A DNA stretch of 64,000 bases, taken from a virus. Location of the stretch: the IMG/VR virus record IMGVR_UViG_3300045303_000182, positions 45,847 to 109,846 of that record, one strand, 5' to 3'. This document shows, in pieces, positions 1 to 9,167 of this stretch; the first letter of the stretch is position 1, and the number at the start of each line of letters is the position of its first letter. The notes beneath the pieces were generated by a model. That model did no database searches. It was not told the DNA's origin and was given only the letters and a program-made list of their open reading frames with translations. Both the position numbers and the translations under genes were made by a program.

Positions 1-2
1 TC

Positions 3-434
3 GAGCGCCGACTGCTCCAGGTAGCTCACGTACTCCCGCGTGATGATCTCGGGGTTGTACATGAAGTAGAGACGGCACTTCGACAGGTCGTCCTTCACGT
101 CGTACTCGGCACGACGGATGTAGCCGCGCAGGATCCGCGCTGGCCCCCCGTCAGGGCCGAGCAGCAGAGGGTGCAGCCGACCTGCTGCTCCACTCACGAA
201 GGGAGGGTTGACCAGACCCTGTGCGCCTGTGAAGCCAGCGGAGCGATCGCCCGACTGGAACCACTCGTAGGCGAACTGCTGACGCAGCGCGTCGGTCGAG
301 ATGTTGGTCTGGTGGTCCACCCACTGGCTCGGCACGTCGGCCGAGGAGTACGTCTGGCCGCGCGCCCACCCGTAGGCGTGCGGGGTCAGTTGCGCTGGCT
401 TGTAGCTGTTCTTGATCCCGTATTGGTATGCCAT
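3..434 (-). CDS. Tail tube initiator / baseplate-proximal protein, truncated by window edge
   Basis: My translation: MAYQYGIKNSY...CRLYFMYNPEIITREY. ATG overlaps the tape-measure stop (TGATG). FxYNP motif and position are typical of CIS/myovirus tube initiators. Confidence 0.55.
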   Translation of the reverse strand, partial: MAYQYGIKNSYKPAQLTPHAYGWARGQTYSSADVPSQWVDHQTNISTDALRQQFAYEWFQSGDRSAGFTGAQGLVNPPFVSGAAGRLHPLLLGPDGGPARILRGYIRRAEYDVKDDLSKCRLYFMYNPEIITREYVSYLEQSAL

Positions 435-3277
435 CAGGCTGACCTCACCAGTCGTCGCTTCATCTCGTCCTCGAGGTGGTCCGCGATGAGGTTCACGGTG
501 CGCCTTACGTCGATACCGCCATTCGCACCGCCCCCGTATCCCCCTACGGAGAGCTTGAAGTCGTTCTGGAAGACGATGTTGCCACCACCCTGGCGCGACG
601 GGTAGTTGTACGCCATCGCCATCGCCTCGACATCACCGAGGCCCGCCTTCTTGAGCGCCTGGTCTGCGAGGCCCGCCGCCTCCGCTGGGATGCCACCGAA
701 GGGGTTGCCGTTGATGTTCCACGGACGCATCGTGTTGGGACCGCCAGGCCCGTTCATCGGTGACACATTGCGGTACTGGTCCCAGGCGATGAACGCTGCC
801 GCCTGCGGGTCCATGGCGTCGGCCTGGGTGAACGGCGACGGATTGCCCTTGTCCGTCCACGGCTTCTGGTTCGCCTGCAGGATGCCGCCGCTCTCATCGA
901 CGGGGCCAGAGTTCCAGGCGTTGGCTGTCCAGTGCGACTCACGGTAGGAGATCTTCAGGAAGTTCTTCAGCACGTCACCGCTGAAGCCAGCGTTGTGCAG
1001 AGCCTTGGCGACAGCAACACCACGCTCGATCGGGTCGCTCGACTGGATCCCCGCCACGATGTCGGGCGACGCCGTCTGGTTGTACTTGTCACCGCGGCCA
1101 GAGGCGCTGGTGCCCTTCCAGATCTTGCCGTTCGTGCCGCCCCAGCCAGTACCAGTGCCAGCGACCGACTCACCCTTGGCGGTCTGCGAGAAGGAGGACT
1201 GCACCTCGCCACCATTGAACACGCCACCCAGCACGCCACCGAACCCACCCACCTTGGGCGTCATGCCGAGCACGGTCTTGGATGACGAACCAGCGAGGCG
1301 CTTGTACATGTCGTCGGCGTCGGTGGCGAAGGCCGTCGTCTGCTCCGTACCGCCGATGAGCTTGCCCAGCGCGCCTGTCATCGTGGAGAGGATCTTGGTG
1401 ATGAAGCCCGCCATGCCCTCCGGGCTGGAGGCCACGTCCTTGATGCTGTCCACGAACTTGTCGAAGTCGTTGTCCCCGATGTCCGCGTCACCGACGCCAG
1501 AGATGTCACCCGGCATCCCGACGTGCCACGGCTCACCGTGGTTCTTGCCCGAGGCCAGCCCGAACTTCTTGGCGTTCTTCATGATCCAGCCGTACTGGCT
1601 GCGCGGTCCGAGGTCGGCAGCCATGCCGCGCGTGTGGGCGCTGGGCTTGCCCGAGACGTTGGAGTAGCCCTTGGCCCGGAGCCGCTCCTGAATCCCGGTG
1701 TCGCGCAGACCGGAGGTCATGCGGAGCTTCGGGTTGGCCTTCATCATCGCGCCGACCTTGGACTTCATGTCCGGGTGCAGACCGCTGAGGCCGTTGCCGC
1801 CAGTCGCTCCGTAGGCGTCCCCGATGTCGCCCATGCCGCCGAAGGCGTTGGGCACGTCGCCGCCGCCGACGAGTTCGTTCATGCCCCGTTCGGCCCCGGT
1901 CATCATGAGGTCTTCCAGCGAGTCAGGCAGGTACTGGATCCAACGGAAGATCGAGTTGGAGAGGGCCGGGATGACCTTCTCCTGGATCGACCCCATCAAC
2001 TCGTTGAACCAGCGGTTGCTGCCCTCACGCTGTGCGTACTGGCCTGACATCTTCCCGGCGAGGCTGAACTCGGTGCGGGTGAGCTCGGACCCGGCGCGCA
2101 GGCGCTGCCACGCGACGTTGTCCTTGTCCGCACCGATCTCAAAGCCCTTCTCCGTCGAGGAGGCTCCCTTGCTCGTCTTGCTGAGGGCGTACGTCCACCA
2201 GTAGTCGCGCATGTTCTGCGGCACGCCGGTCGTGTTGAACCAGGCGTCGATGTTGCTGCCAGGGAAGTACTGCGCCATCAACTCGCCGTAGCTGAACCCC
2301 TTGCCGCGGTTGGCTCCGGGCCGCAGACCTTCGAACCAACGCAGGATCGACTCGGCCCACTCGCTGAGGCTCTTCTGGCGACCGCCGGCAGCGATCATGC
2401 CCATCGTTCCGCCCGTGAACATCTGCGCCCGCTGCTGCGAGCCGGTGTCAGCGGCGTAGCCACCGATCTGGCTGACGAGGCCACCCTGCCCACCAACCTG
2501 AGCCAGGGGGTTGAGCATCTGCGCCTCGCGCACGCCCTTGAACAGACCAGCGGCGCGCACACCTTGGCCCTCAGGGTTGCCACCGAAGTTGTAGCTCGCA
2601 CCAAGGCGGGCCGAGTCACCGAACATGCTGATCATGTCCTGCGGCGTGCCGTAGATCGAGCCAGGGAACTTGGCGATCGTGGACATCATCGACGCCGTGT
2701 TGACGCCCTGCTGGTTGGCGGTCATGTTCAGCCCACCGGAGGCCATGATCGCTGTGTCACGGTTCGTGTTGATCCGCGACCGCAGGTAGCGCAACGGGGC
2801 GAGCGCCAAGTCCTTGGTCAGGTCGTCGCCGCTGGAGCCGACGAAGGCTCCGAGGCTGAGGCCACCCGGCAGCTTCTTGTCCACAACGTTCTGGATGGCT
2901 GCCGAGGCCGACGACGTTGCGCTGTACATCCAGCCGCTGTTGCCACCACCGCCACTGCTCGATGACTGCGCTGCGGCAGCGGGGACGTTGCCGCCTCCGC
3001 TACCGCCGCCGCCGCCCGCACCTGCTGCGCTGAGCGCGCTACCCATCCCAGCGAGTTGCTGGGTGACCTTGGTCGCTGTGTCACCGATGGACTTGAGGTG
3101 ACGGTTGATCTTGTCTGCGATGGCGTAGGCGTTGTTGCCGAAGTCGGAGAGAGCCTTCTCCAGGCCCTTCATGGCGGCAGCCATCTGCGAGATCGATGCT
3201 TGCGCGGCCTCAGTGTCGATCTTGAGGTTCGCGGCAGGCCCCATGTTGTAGGCCCGTGCAGCATCAGGCTCAGCCAC
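434..3277 (-). CDS. Tape measure protein with M15-like peptidase and lysozyme/transglycosylase-like domains
   Basis: 947 aa, Ala/Gly-rich helical N-terminus. TSGLRD...SAHTRGMAADL...EPWHV (Zn peptidase M15). ISYRESHW...GILQAN...PW (SLT-like). Lies after the chaperone genes. Confidence 0.8.
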   Translation of the reverse strand: MAEPDAARAYNMGPAANLKIDTEAAQASISQMAAAMKGLEKALSDFGNNAYAIADKINRHLKSIGDTATKVTQQLAGMGSALSAAGAGGGGGSGGGNVPAAAAQSSSSGGGGNSGWMYSATSSASAAIQNVVDKKLPGGLSLGAFVGSSGDDLTKDLALAPLRYLRSRINTNRDTAIMASGGLNMTANQQGVNTASMMSTIAKFPGSIYGTPQDMISMFGDSARLGASYNFGGNPEGQGVRAAGLFKGVREAQMLNPLAQVGGQGGLVSQIGGYAADTGSQQRAQMFTGGTMGMIAAGGRQKSLSEWAESILRWFEGLRPGANRGKGFSYGELMAQYFPGSNIDAWFNTTGVPQNMRDYWWTYALSKTSKGASSTEKGFEIGADKDNVAWQRLRAGSELTRTEFSLAGKMSGQYAQREGSNRWFNELMGSIQEKVIPALSNSIFRWIQYLPDSLEDLMMTGAERGMNELVGGGDVPNAFGGMGDIGDAYGATGGNGLSGLHPDMKSKVGAMMKANPKLRMTSGLRDTGIQERLRAKGYSNVSGKPSAHTRGMAADLGPRSQYGWIMKNAKKFGLASGKNHGEPWHVGMPGDISGVGDADIGDNDFDKFVDSIKDVASSPEGMAGFITKILSTMTGALGKLIGGTEQTTAFATDADDMYKRLAGSSSKTVLGMTPKVGGFGGVLGGVFNGGEVQSSFSQTAKGESVAGTGTGWGGTNGKIWKGTSASGRGDKYNQTASPDIVAGIQSSDPIERGVAVAKALHNAGFSGDVLKNFLKISYRESHWTANAWNSGPVDESGGILQANQKPWTDKGNPSPFTQADAMDPQAAAFIAWDQYRNVSPMNGPGGPNTMRPWNINGNPFGGIPAEAAGLADQALKKAGLGDVEAMAMAYNYPSRQGGGNIVFQNDFKLSVGGYGGGANGGIDVRRTVNLIADHLEDEMKRRLVRSA

Positions 3278-3434
3278 GCGCCTTCTCCCTCTTCCAGGTA
3301 ATCATCTTGAGCCAGTAGCTCCGCTGTCGTCCGGTCATCGCACGTATCTCACTCAGGGTCCATCCGCTGTAGTTGGAGGCGATCACGTCGTAGTTGACGT
3401 ACAGCGCCTGATCGTTAGCTACGAAAGAAGTCAC
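3270..3434 (-). CDS. Tail assembly chaperone C-terminal ORF (DUF6760-like), probably reached by frameshift
   Basis: LYVNYDVIASNYSGWTLSEIRAMTGRQRSYWL. Overlaps the end of the upstream chaperone in the +1 frame. Confidence 0.6.
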   Translation of the reverse strand: MTSFVANDQALYVNYDVIASNYSGWTLSEIRAMTGRQRSYWLKMITWKREKARG

Positions 3435-4245
3435 CCCATCCCATGCCCAACGTCTGCGAGGCTCCACAGGAGGCGCAGGTCGTAGTGACGTTGAGGTCGA
3501 TCTGCGGCTGGCGCTCGACCAGAAGCTCGAGGAACTTCTGGCGGTCGCGCATCGACAGCGACCGTGCGAACCCCATCGGGTCGGTGACCAGATCGCCGTT
3601 GCGCTTGGTGACACAGCGGCTGATCATCAACGTGTTCTGCTCGGCCACGCTGAGGCCCTTCTTGTCCATCACCTCTTCCTGGTCCGAGCCGAGGGCAGCC
3701 CGGTAGGTGAGCACCTCGCCCTTGGAGGTGGTCCACTCCAAGGTCGTGGCGTCCACGTTCTCCACCTTCGTCGGCGGGAAGTCCGTGTCGAGGAGGAGAT
3801 GCACTTCCTGCGCTACCCCACACGACTGACAGGTGAAGCCGATGTCGCGCGAGTTGCCGAACGACACCTGCACCACCTTGAGGAAGATCTGCTCACGCTC
3901 CCCGATCAGCAGGTCGTTGAGGAAGTACTGACGCTCGGGGACCGAGTGCTTCGACAGGTCGAAGGAACCGATCGATGTGACACCGAGAGCCAGCACCGTG
4001 TTGAAGTACTGGTATGGGGTGGTCGCCTTGGCGAGCGCCTCCTCGTCCACCCCGGTGAGCTCGCGGCAGACAGCTTCACGCTCCCATATGCCGCTATGGA
4101 ACAGCCCTCTCGGCAGCTTAATCACGGGGTCCGGTGCGTCATCGATGAGAGGCACCGGTCCCGCGATCGCTTCCTTCGCTTCGCGCAGCGTCTGCTGCTT
4201 GTCTTGCACCGCCTGTTCAGAGGCGAACACGTCAGTCGTTGTCAC
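3415..4245 (-). CDS. Tail assembly chaperone / T4 gp26-like baseplate hub assembly protein
   Basis: RELTGVDEEAL, two CxxC motifs (CQSCG, CASCG), C-terminal DFFR. Between tube and tape measure. Confidence 0.7.
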   Translation of the reverse strand: MTTTDVFASEQAVQDKQQTLREAKEAIAGPVPLIDDAPDPVIKLPRGLFHSGIWEREAVCRELTGVDEEALAKATTPYQYFNTVLALGVTSIGSFDLSKHSVPERQYFLNDLLIGEREQIFLKVVQVSFGNSRDIGFTCQSCGVAQEVHLLLDTDFPPTKVENVDATTLEWTTSKGEVLTYRAALGSDQEEVMDKKGLSVAEQNTLMISRCVTKRNGDLVTDPMGFARSLSMRDRQKFLELLVERQPQIDLNVTTTCASCGASQTLGMGWGDFFRS

Positions 4246-4271
4246 GTCTAGTTCTCCGGTCGTTGGTTGAG

Positions 4272-4877
4272 TCAGCGCAGCGCTTGTGCAGAGTGCCGCA
4301 GGTTGGCCGCGTCCTGTGCTCCGTGGAACACGTCGAAGCCTTCGTGGTGGACCTGCATCTGATGCACCAGCACGGCGTTCTCCATCGCGCTCAGGTTGTT
4401 GAAGCCGATGCTGGCGGTCCAGCAGTTGTAGAAGGCGAACGCGAGGATCGCCCCCGAGGTGTCACCGGTCGAACCGGAGGCCGGTCCGTCGGTGACAGGG
4501 TGGTCGAGAACGCGGACCGCCATGTCATAGCGGAACTCCTCCCCGAGGCCGATGGTGCCAGCGCCCCACTGGACGCTGAACATCTGCTTGGCGAGGTTCC
4601 ACATACCGGGCTTGGTGTAGAACACGCCGGCCGAGCAGGTGAGCGGAGCAAAGTCCGTCTGCCCCGGCAGCTTGTGCGGGTTGGTGTTCCAGCCGCCTTC
4701 GCGGTACTGGACCATGTCGGTGTTCATGGCGATGCCCTCGACCACCATGAACCCCATCTCAGCGATCTGCCGAGAGAGGGTGGCGTCCGAGTGGAACATC
4801 TGAACTTGGAACTTGAAGTTCCTGACGGGGTCGGCCCGAAGCCGGGTCCGATCCGCCAGGGATGGTGCGCTTGGCAT
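4272..4877 (-). CDS. Tail tube protein (T4 gp19-like)
   Basis: DPVRNFKFQV, YREGG...HKLPGQTDF, HEGF. Directly downstream of sheath. Confidence 0.92.
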   Translation of the reverse strand: MPSAPSLADRTRLRADPVRNFKFQVQMFHSDATLSRQIAEMGFMVVEGIAMNTDMVQYREGGWNTNPHKLPGQTDFAPLTCSAGVFYTKPGMWNLAKQMFSVQWGAGTIGLGEEFRYDMAVRVLDHPVTDGPASGSTGDTSGAILAFAFYNCWTASIGFNNLSAMENAVLVHQMQVHHEGFDVFHGAQDAANLRHSAQALR

Positions 4878-4893
4878 GTGTTACTCCTCTGGC

Positions 4894-6774
4894 CTATGCG
4901 ACCGGCTGGACTTCGGTCGTGAAGGAGCCACGATCGAACTGGGTGATCTTGATGACGACGAACTCAGCGGGGTACTCCAACGCCACGCCGATCTCCATGC
5001 GGACTTCGCCCGACTGGATGACGGCTGGGGTGTTGATCGTGTCGTCGCAGGTGATGTAGTACGCCTGAGCGGTGTTGGCACCGCGCAGCCCCCCTGCTTC
5101 CCACAGAGGCCGCAGGATGCGTTCTGCGGACATCCGCAGGGCACTCCACAGCCGCTGATCGTTGTTCTCGAAGACGGCGAACTGGGTCGAGCGCTTCACC
5201 ACCTCCTTGATGTAGATGAGCGTCCGACGAGCGGAGACGTAGCGGTCAGCGCCGTACGTCTTGCGGGTGCGGCCACCCATCACGCAGATCCCCGAGCCGA
5301 CCACGGAGCGGACGACGTTGATGTTCTGCGAGTTGAGATCACCGAGCTCAGTGTCGGTGAACTTCGTCTGCACGCCCACGGCGTTGCTGAGTCCTGCGAT
5401 CACACCAGCGGGCGCGCGGAACACGCCGACGGTGGCATCGACGCGCGCCATCATCCCGGCGACCGCCCCGCCCGGAGGCACGTTGATCGTGGTCCCGACC
5501 CGAGCCGGGTTGGGGATGATCAGCCAGGGGCCGTAGGAAGCCGAGTAGCTGTCGCCCGTGTTGGCCCCGAGCGACGTGACGATCTGCGTCTTGTAGACCG
5601 ACGACGACGTGCCGGGGTTCCGCGGAGGAGCCGAGTCGTTGATGATGAAGATGTCCTGCCGGTCCGAGAAGAAGGTCGAGGGGATGGTCGCACCCACCCA
5701 CGACGAGGCGAACTCGGAGGTGTCGGCCTTCGATGCGTCAGCGAGGTAGCCGCAGATGTTGAGGGCGATCGGACCCTCCACCTTGGTGATCATCTCGGCG
5801 GCGTCCTGGAGGTCACCAGCGTCAGGGATCGACGGATCGATACCACCGGCCAGGACCACAGGGTCGTCGGTCGCCATCGGCCGCGGCTGCTGCTCGTTGA
5901 TGCCCGACACCGAGAGGTACAGCGAGCCTGAGGCCGAGTCGTTGATCACCGTGTCGATGCGCCGCGTGCCTGGGATCTCGCCCTTGATCGACAGCGACGG
6001 GAACGTCTCCACGACCTCGTCGTTGCCTTCGCTGTTGCGGATCAGCACTTGCAGGGCGAACACGTCCTCGGCCGTCGCGCCGGCACCGACAGTGCTCTGC
6101 GTGGTGAGGCCGTACTTGAGGCCGTTGCCCCACACGCCGGGAGAGCGAGCCTTCAGCGTGAAGCTGGTGAGGTTGCCCGACCCAGTGTTCTGGCCGTTGA
6201 CAGCGATGGTCGAGGCGGTGCCCTTCTCAGGGGCCGCGGTCGGCGTGGCTCGGATCACCCAGCACAGCCGCCCACCGTTCTGGAAGTACGAGTAGACGCT
6301 GAACGGAAGGTACGAGAGCACCTTGGGCGTGACCGGGATGGCTGCCGGCGTGCCGGGGAAGGCACCGGCCACCCACACACCCGCAGGGGAGTGCGGCGTG
6401 AAGTGGGCCTTGGATCCATCAGCGAGCTTGACGTACTGACCCGCCGTGAAAGCAGCACCGCCGAATGGCGTCTGGTACTTGCCGTCACCGTAGGTGGCAT
6501 GGGCCTTGATGGCGGTGAGGTCAGCGGGGACCGGCGTCGTGACACGGCCGGTCACATCGTTGGGATCAGCCAGCGCAGGCTGCGAGATCGGGTTGAGGCC
6601 ACCGAAGACGGTGACATAGTCACTCCAGGACTCAACGAGGATCGGCTCGTTCACCGGCCCCTTCTCGGCAGCCCCGACGAAGGCACCCACGGTGTAGGTG
6701 CCCGCCACGTCGGACGGGTTGACGAGTAGTGACTCCTCGAGGTAGACGCCTGGACGGCGGTAGTACATGGGCAT
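4894..6774 (-). CDS. Contractile tail sheath protein
   Basis: RPGVYLEE, YFQNGG, GVFRAPAG, RYVSARR, FAVFENND, PAEFVVIKI. Confidence 0.95.
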   Translation of the reverse strand: MPMYYRRPGVYLEESLLVNPSDVAGTYTVGAFVGAAEKGPVNEPILVESWSDYVTVFGGLNPISQPALADPNDVTGRVTTPVPADLTAIKAHATYGDGKYQTPFGGAAFTAGQYVKLADGSKAHFTPHSPAGVWVAGAFPGTPAAIPVTPKVLSYLPFSVYSYFQNGGRLCWVIRATPTAAPEKGTASTIAVNGQNTGSGNLTSFTLKARSPGVWGNGLKYGLTTQSTVGAGATAEDVFALQVLIRNSEGNDEVVETFPSLSIKGEIPGTRRIDTVINDSASGSLYLSVSGINEQQPRPMATDDPVVLAGGIDPSIPDAGDLQDAAEMITKVEGPIALNICGYLADASKADTSEFASSWVGATIPSTFFSDRQDIFIINDSAPPRNPGTSSSVYKTQIVTSLGANTGDSYSASYGPWLIIPNPARVGTTINVPPGGAVAGMMARVDATVGVFRAPAGVIAGLSNAVGVQTKFTDTELGDLNSQNINVVRSVVGSGICVMGGRTRKTYGADRYVSARRTLIYIKEVVKRSTQFAVFENNDQRLWSALRMSAERILRPLWEAGGLRGANTAQAYYITCDDTINTPAVIQSGEVRMEIGVALEYPAEFVVIKITQFDRGSFTTEVQPVA

Positions 6775-6849
6775 AGTCGCTCCTGACGGAAGGTTGCTAG
6801 TTGGTGGATCCGATTAGTGCGACGACTGGTTGTACGAGCCTGATGGCGG

Positions 6850-7578
6850 TCACGGTTGAGGTGTCAGAACCTCTTGCCCTTCGTGGTCAATCTCGAAGAG
6901 CTTCTCCAGGCCATCTCGCGTGTAGGCGTCGAGGTGGACCCGGAAGACCTTGTAGAAGCTGGCGTCGAGGAACCGCGTCTGCGGCACCTCGGCAAGCAGT
7001 GAGACGGTGTACACCTTGCGGAAGATCCGCTTGGTGCCCGATTCCGATGTCTCGGACTGGTCGGTGTTGGCGTAACCGATGAGCTCAGTGCGCCGCCATG
7101 TCTGATCAGCGTCGCAGGCGATCCAGAAGGGTCGCTGGGGGAACACATCAGTGGCGAAGATCGACCGGAGGTAGCGGTCGTGGAGGTTGTGCCGCGCGAA
7201 GACGCTCACCTGATACACCAGCCGGAACGGGAGGTAGTTCAGGATCTGGTAGTCCTGCAGCGCCCAGCCATGCTCAGGCGGCGGCAACGTGGGCGAGACG
7301 CTCGGCCGGTACAGGCCCTGAGTGTTCTCGAGGTGGTTGCTGTGGAACAACTCGTAGGCAGGCTCGGCCGTGATGGCGTCGATCGTGATGAAGGGGTACT
7401 TCAACTGGCGCTCGGACTGCGGCCAGCGGAACCAGACGCCCACCTTCTCCCACGTCGAGTCGGGATCACGCCCTGGTACCTCGATACCAGTGAGGTAACT
7501 CTTGAGCGCCTCGTCCTCGGCCAGCAGGAACCCGACGTGTTCGTGGATGTCAGGCTGGTCGCGCAGCGGGCGTATCAC
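6850..7578 (-). CDS. Tail terminator / completion protein
   Basis: Position just upstream of sheath. YPFITID...YQVSVFAR pattern. Confidence 0.55.
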   Translation of the reverse strand: MIRPLRDQPDIHEHVGFLLAEDEALKSYLTGIEVPGRDPDSTWEKVGVWFRWPQSERQLKYPFITIDAITAEPAYELFHSNHLENTQGLYRPSVSPTLPPPEHGWALQDYQILNYLPFRLVYQVSVFARHNLHDRYLRSIFATDVFPQRPFWIACDADQTWRRTELIGYANTDQSETSESGTKRIFRKVYTVSLLAEVPQTRFLDASFYKVFRVHLDAYTRDGLEKLFEIDHEGQEVLTPQP

Positions 7579-7964
7579 AGCGGCTTCCCGACGATCCCGG
7601 ACCCGTAGATGTAGCCGTGGGCTTCCATCTCGTCCTTCCAGCGCTTGTTCGCTTCGCGCACATCCTCTGAGAGGGAGCGGAACAGCGCCGAGGGAGGACG
7701 CACCTCGTCGCCGTACTCCAGGGCCATCGCCTCGGAGACGCGGTCCTGGTTGTTGACACCGAGGAACATGTAGCCGTCCTGCGACCAGACCGTGATGTCG
7801 TCAGCGAGGTCGGACCATTCGGGCGTCTCACGCGCACGCTCCACGACCCGGTCGTGGAGGAAGGAGACAGCAGAGGATGCGGCGGCTTCAGTGTCGGCCT
7901 GGAGCTTGTCCATGTAGCGAGACAAGCTCGCGAACCACTCCGCGCTGATGCTGATCTGCGCCAT
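7575..7964 (-). CDS. Neck / tail-completion protein
   Basis: ALEYGD..RPP motif, GAGGAG RBS, position in head-tail block. Confidence 0.5.
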   Translation of the reverse strand: MAQISISAEWFASLSRYMDKLQADTEAAASSAVSFLHDRVVERARETPEWSDLADDITVWSQDGYMFLGVNNQDRVSEAMALEYGDEVRPPSALFRSLSEDVREANKRWKDEMEAHGYIYGSGIVGKPL

Positions 7965-8022
7965 GGACTCCTCGATGCTGTGCTATGGAGGTCATACCCG
8001 CTTGGTATGGCCTGGCCGGAGC

Positions 8023-8277
8023 CTAGCTCAGCACGTCGAGCGCAGCGAGTAATCGCATCACCGCGTCCACCTGATCCCCTCGCAGCGTGATCACCAGATC
8101 AGCGTGGCCCTCAGCGTCCTCACCCATCGCCCGCGTCCAGGAGTCGGGACGGACCTCGTTGGCAACTTGACGGACGAACTCGACACCCGACTGCATGAGT
8201 GCCAACTGGCCGGTGAGGTTGGCGACATCGACACTGATCCGACGTATGGCCCCAAGGGCAACTGTGCTCTCCATCAC
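8023..8277 (-). CDS. Hypothetical protein (possible fibre chaperone)
   Basis: Overlaps the stop of the upstream ORF; 84 aa. Confidence 0.45.
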   Translation of the reverse strand: MMESTVALGAIRRISVDVANLTGQLALMQSGVEFVRQVANEVRPDSWTRAMGEDAEGHADLVITLRGDQVDAVMRLLAALDVLS

Positions 8278-9167
8278 CAGTAACTATTGCCGGCGTAGTT
8301 GCGGTCCACGTAGTACACGCTCACGTCGTAGTACTCCGTGCCGTCACACCACATGTCCTCGCACCAGAGCATGTAGGTACCGTTGCCGGTCGTGCTCCAG
8401 CCAGAGCCTCGAGCTACGAAGCCGCAGGCTTGGCCGTTGCCCCACTCGTAGAGAGGGAAGTCCCACCAGGCATAGCTGCTGCCGCTGAGAATGGTATGGC
8501 CGATGTGGTCGTTGAGCGGACCCCGATCGACGGTCTGAGTGATCAGGTTGACCGTGCGCTGGTTGTAGGGGGTGACGACGCTCGACTGCGGCGTGGTCAT
8601 GTTGCGCCAGTGCAAGCCGGTGAGGATGACGCTGCCTGGCACGCCGACCCAGAACGGATCGTCCCTGTTGCGCGCGCTGCTGATGTGCTCCGAGCTCCAA
8701 GGACGCGACTGCTGCACGGTGCCGTAGTGCCCAAGCTCGGTATGGCCGATCTGCACACGCACCGGACCGCACCAGCCACTCTCCAGACCAGCAGCGCTGA
8801 CGGACTGCACGAAGAACTGGTAGCGCCCGTCCTGGCCGACGCCGAAGTTGCCCCACGGTGAGCCACCGACGTTGACCGAGTTGAGCCAGTTGCCGTTGGC
8901 GTCGGTCTGAACGAGCCGGTAGTACGCGACAGGAGCGCCACCGGCCGGTGGGCCAGTGAAGCCGATCGCCACGTTGTTGAAGTCCCAAGCGTGGACCCAA
9001 ATGCTCTGCGGTGCGAGGGGGAAGCCGCGGTAGCCCGAGTCCTGCCAAGCGCCGTTGACCTTCTCGTAGATGTAGCTGGCTGTCTGCCATGCCCCGCCCC
9101 ACCTGATCTTGATCTGACCGTTGTTGCCGGCGCGCCAAGCTCCACCAGACTTGATGTAGACGGTCAT
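8274..9167 (-). CDS. Virion protein with fibronectin-III-like domain
   Basis: PPAGGAPVAYY...YQFFVQSVSAAGLESGW FN3 pattern; Trp/Gly-rich. Confidence 0.6.
   Translation of the reverse strand: MTVYIKSGGAWRAGNNGQIKIRWGGAWQTASYIYEKVNGAWQDSGYRGFPLAPQSIWVHAWDFNNVAIGFTGPPAGGAPVAYYRLVQTDANGNWLNSVNVGGSPWGNFGVGQDGRYQFFVQSVSAAGLESGWCGPVRVQIGHTELGHYGTVQQSRPWSSEHISSARNRDDPFWVGVPGSVILTGLHWRNMTTPQSSVVTPYNQRTVNLITQTVDRGPLNDHIGHTILSGSSYAWWDFPLYEWGNGQACGFVARGSGWSTTGNGTYMLWCEDMWCDGTEYYDVSVYYVDRNYAGNSYW

Noticed and set aside
1-7964. Extracellular contractile injection system (eCIS/tailocin)
   Set aside because: The tail genes are CIS-like, but capsid, scaffold, portal and terminase are present, so this is a phage.
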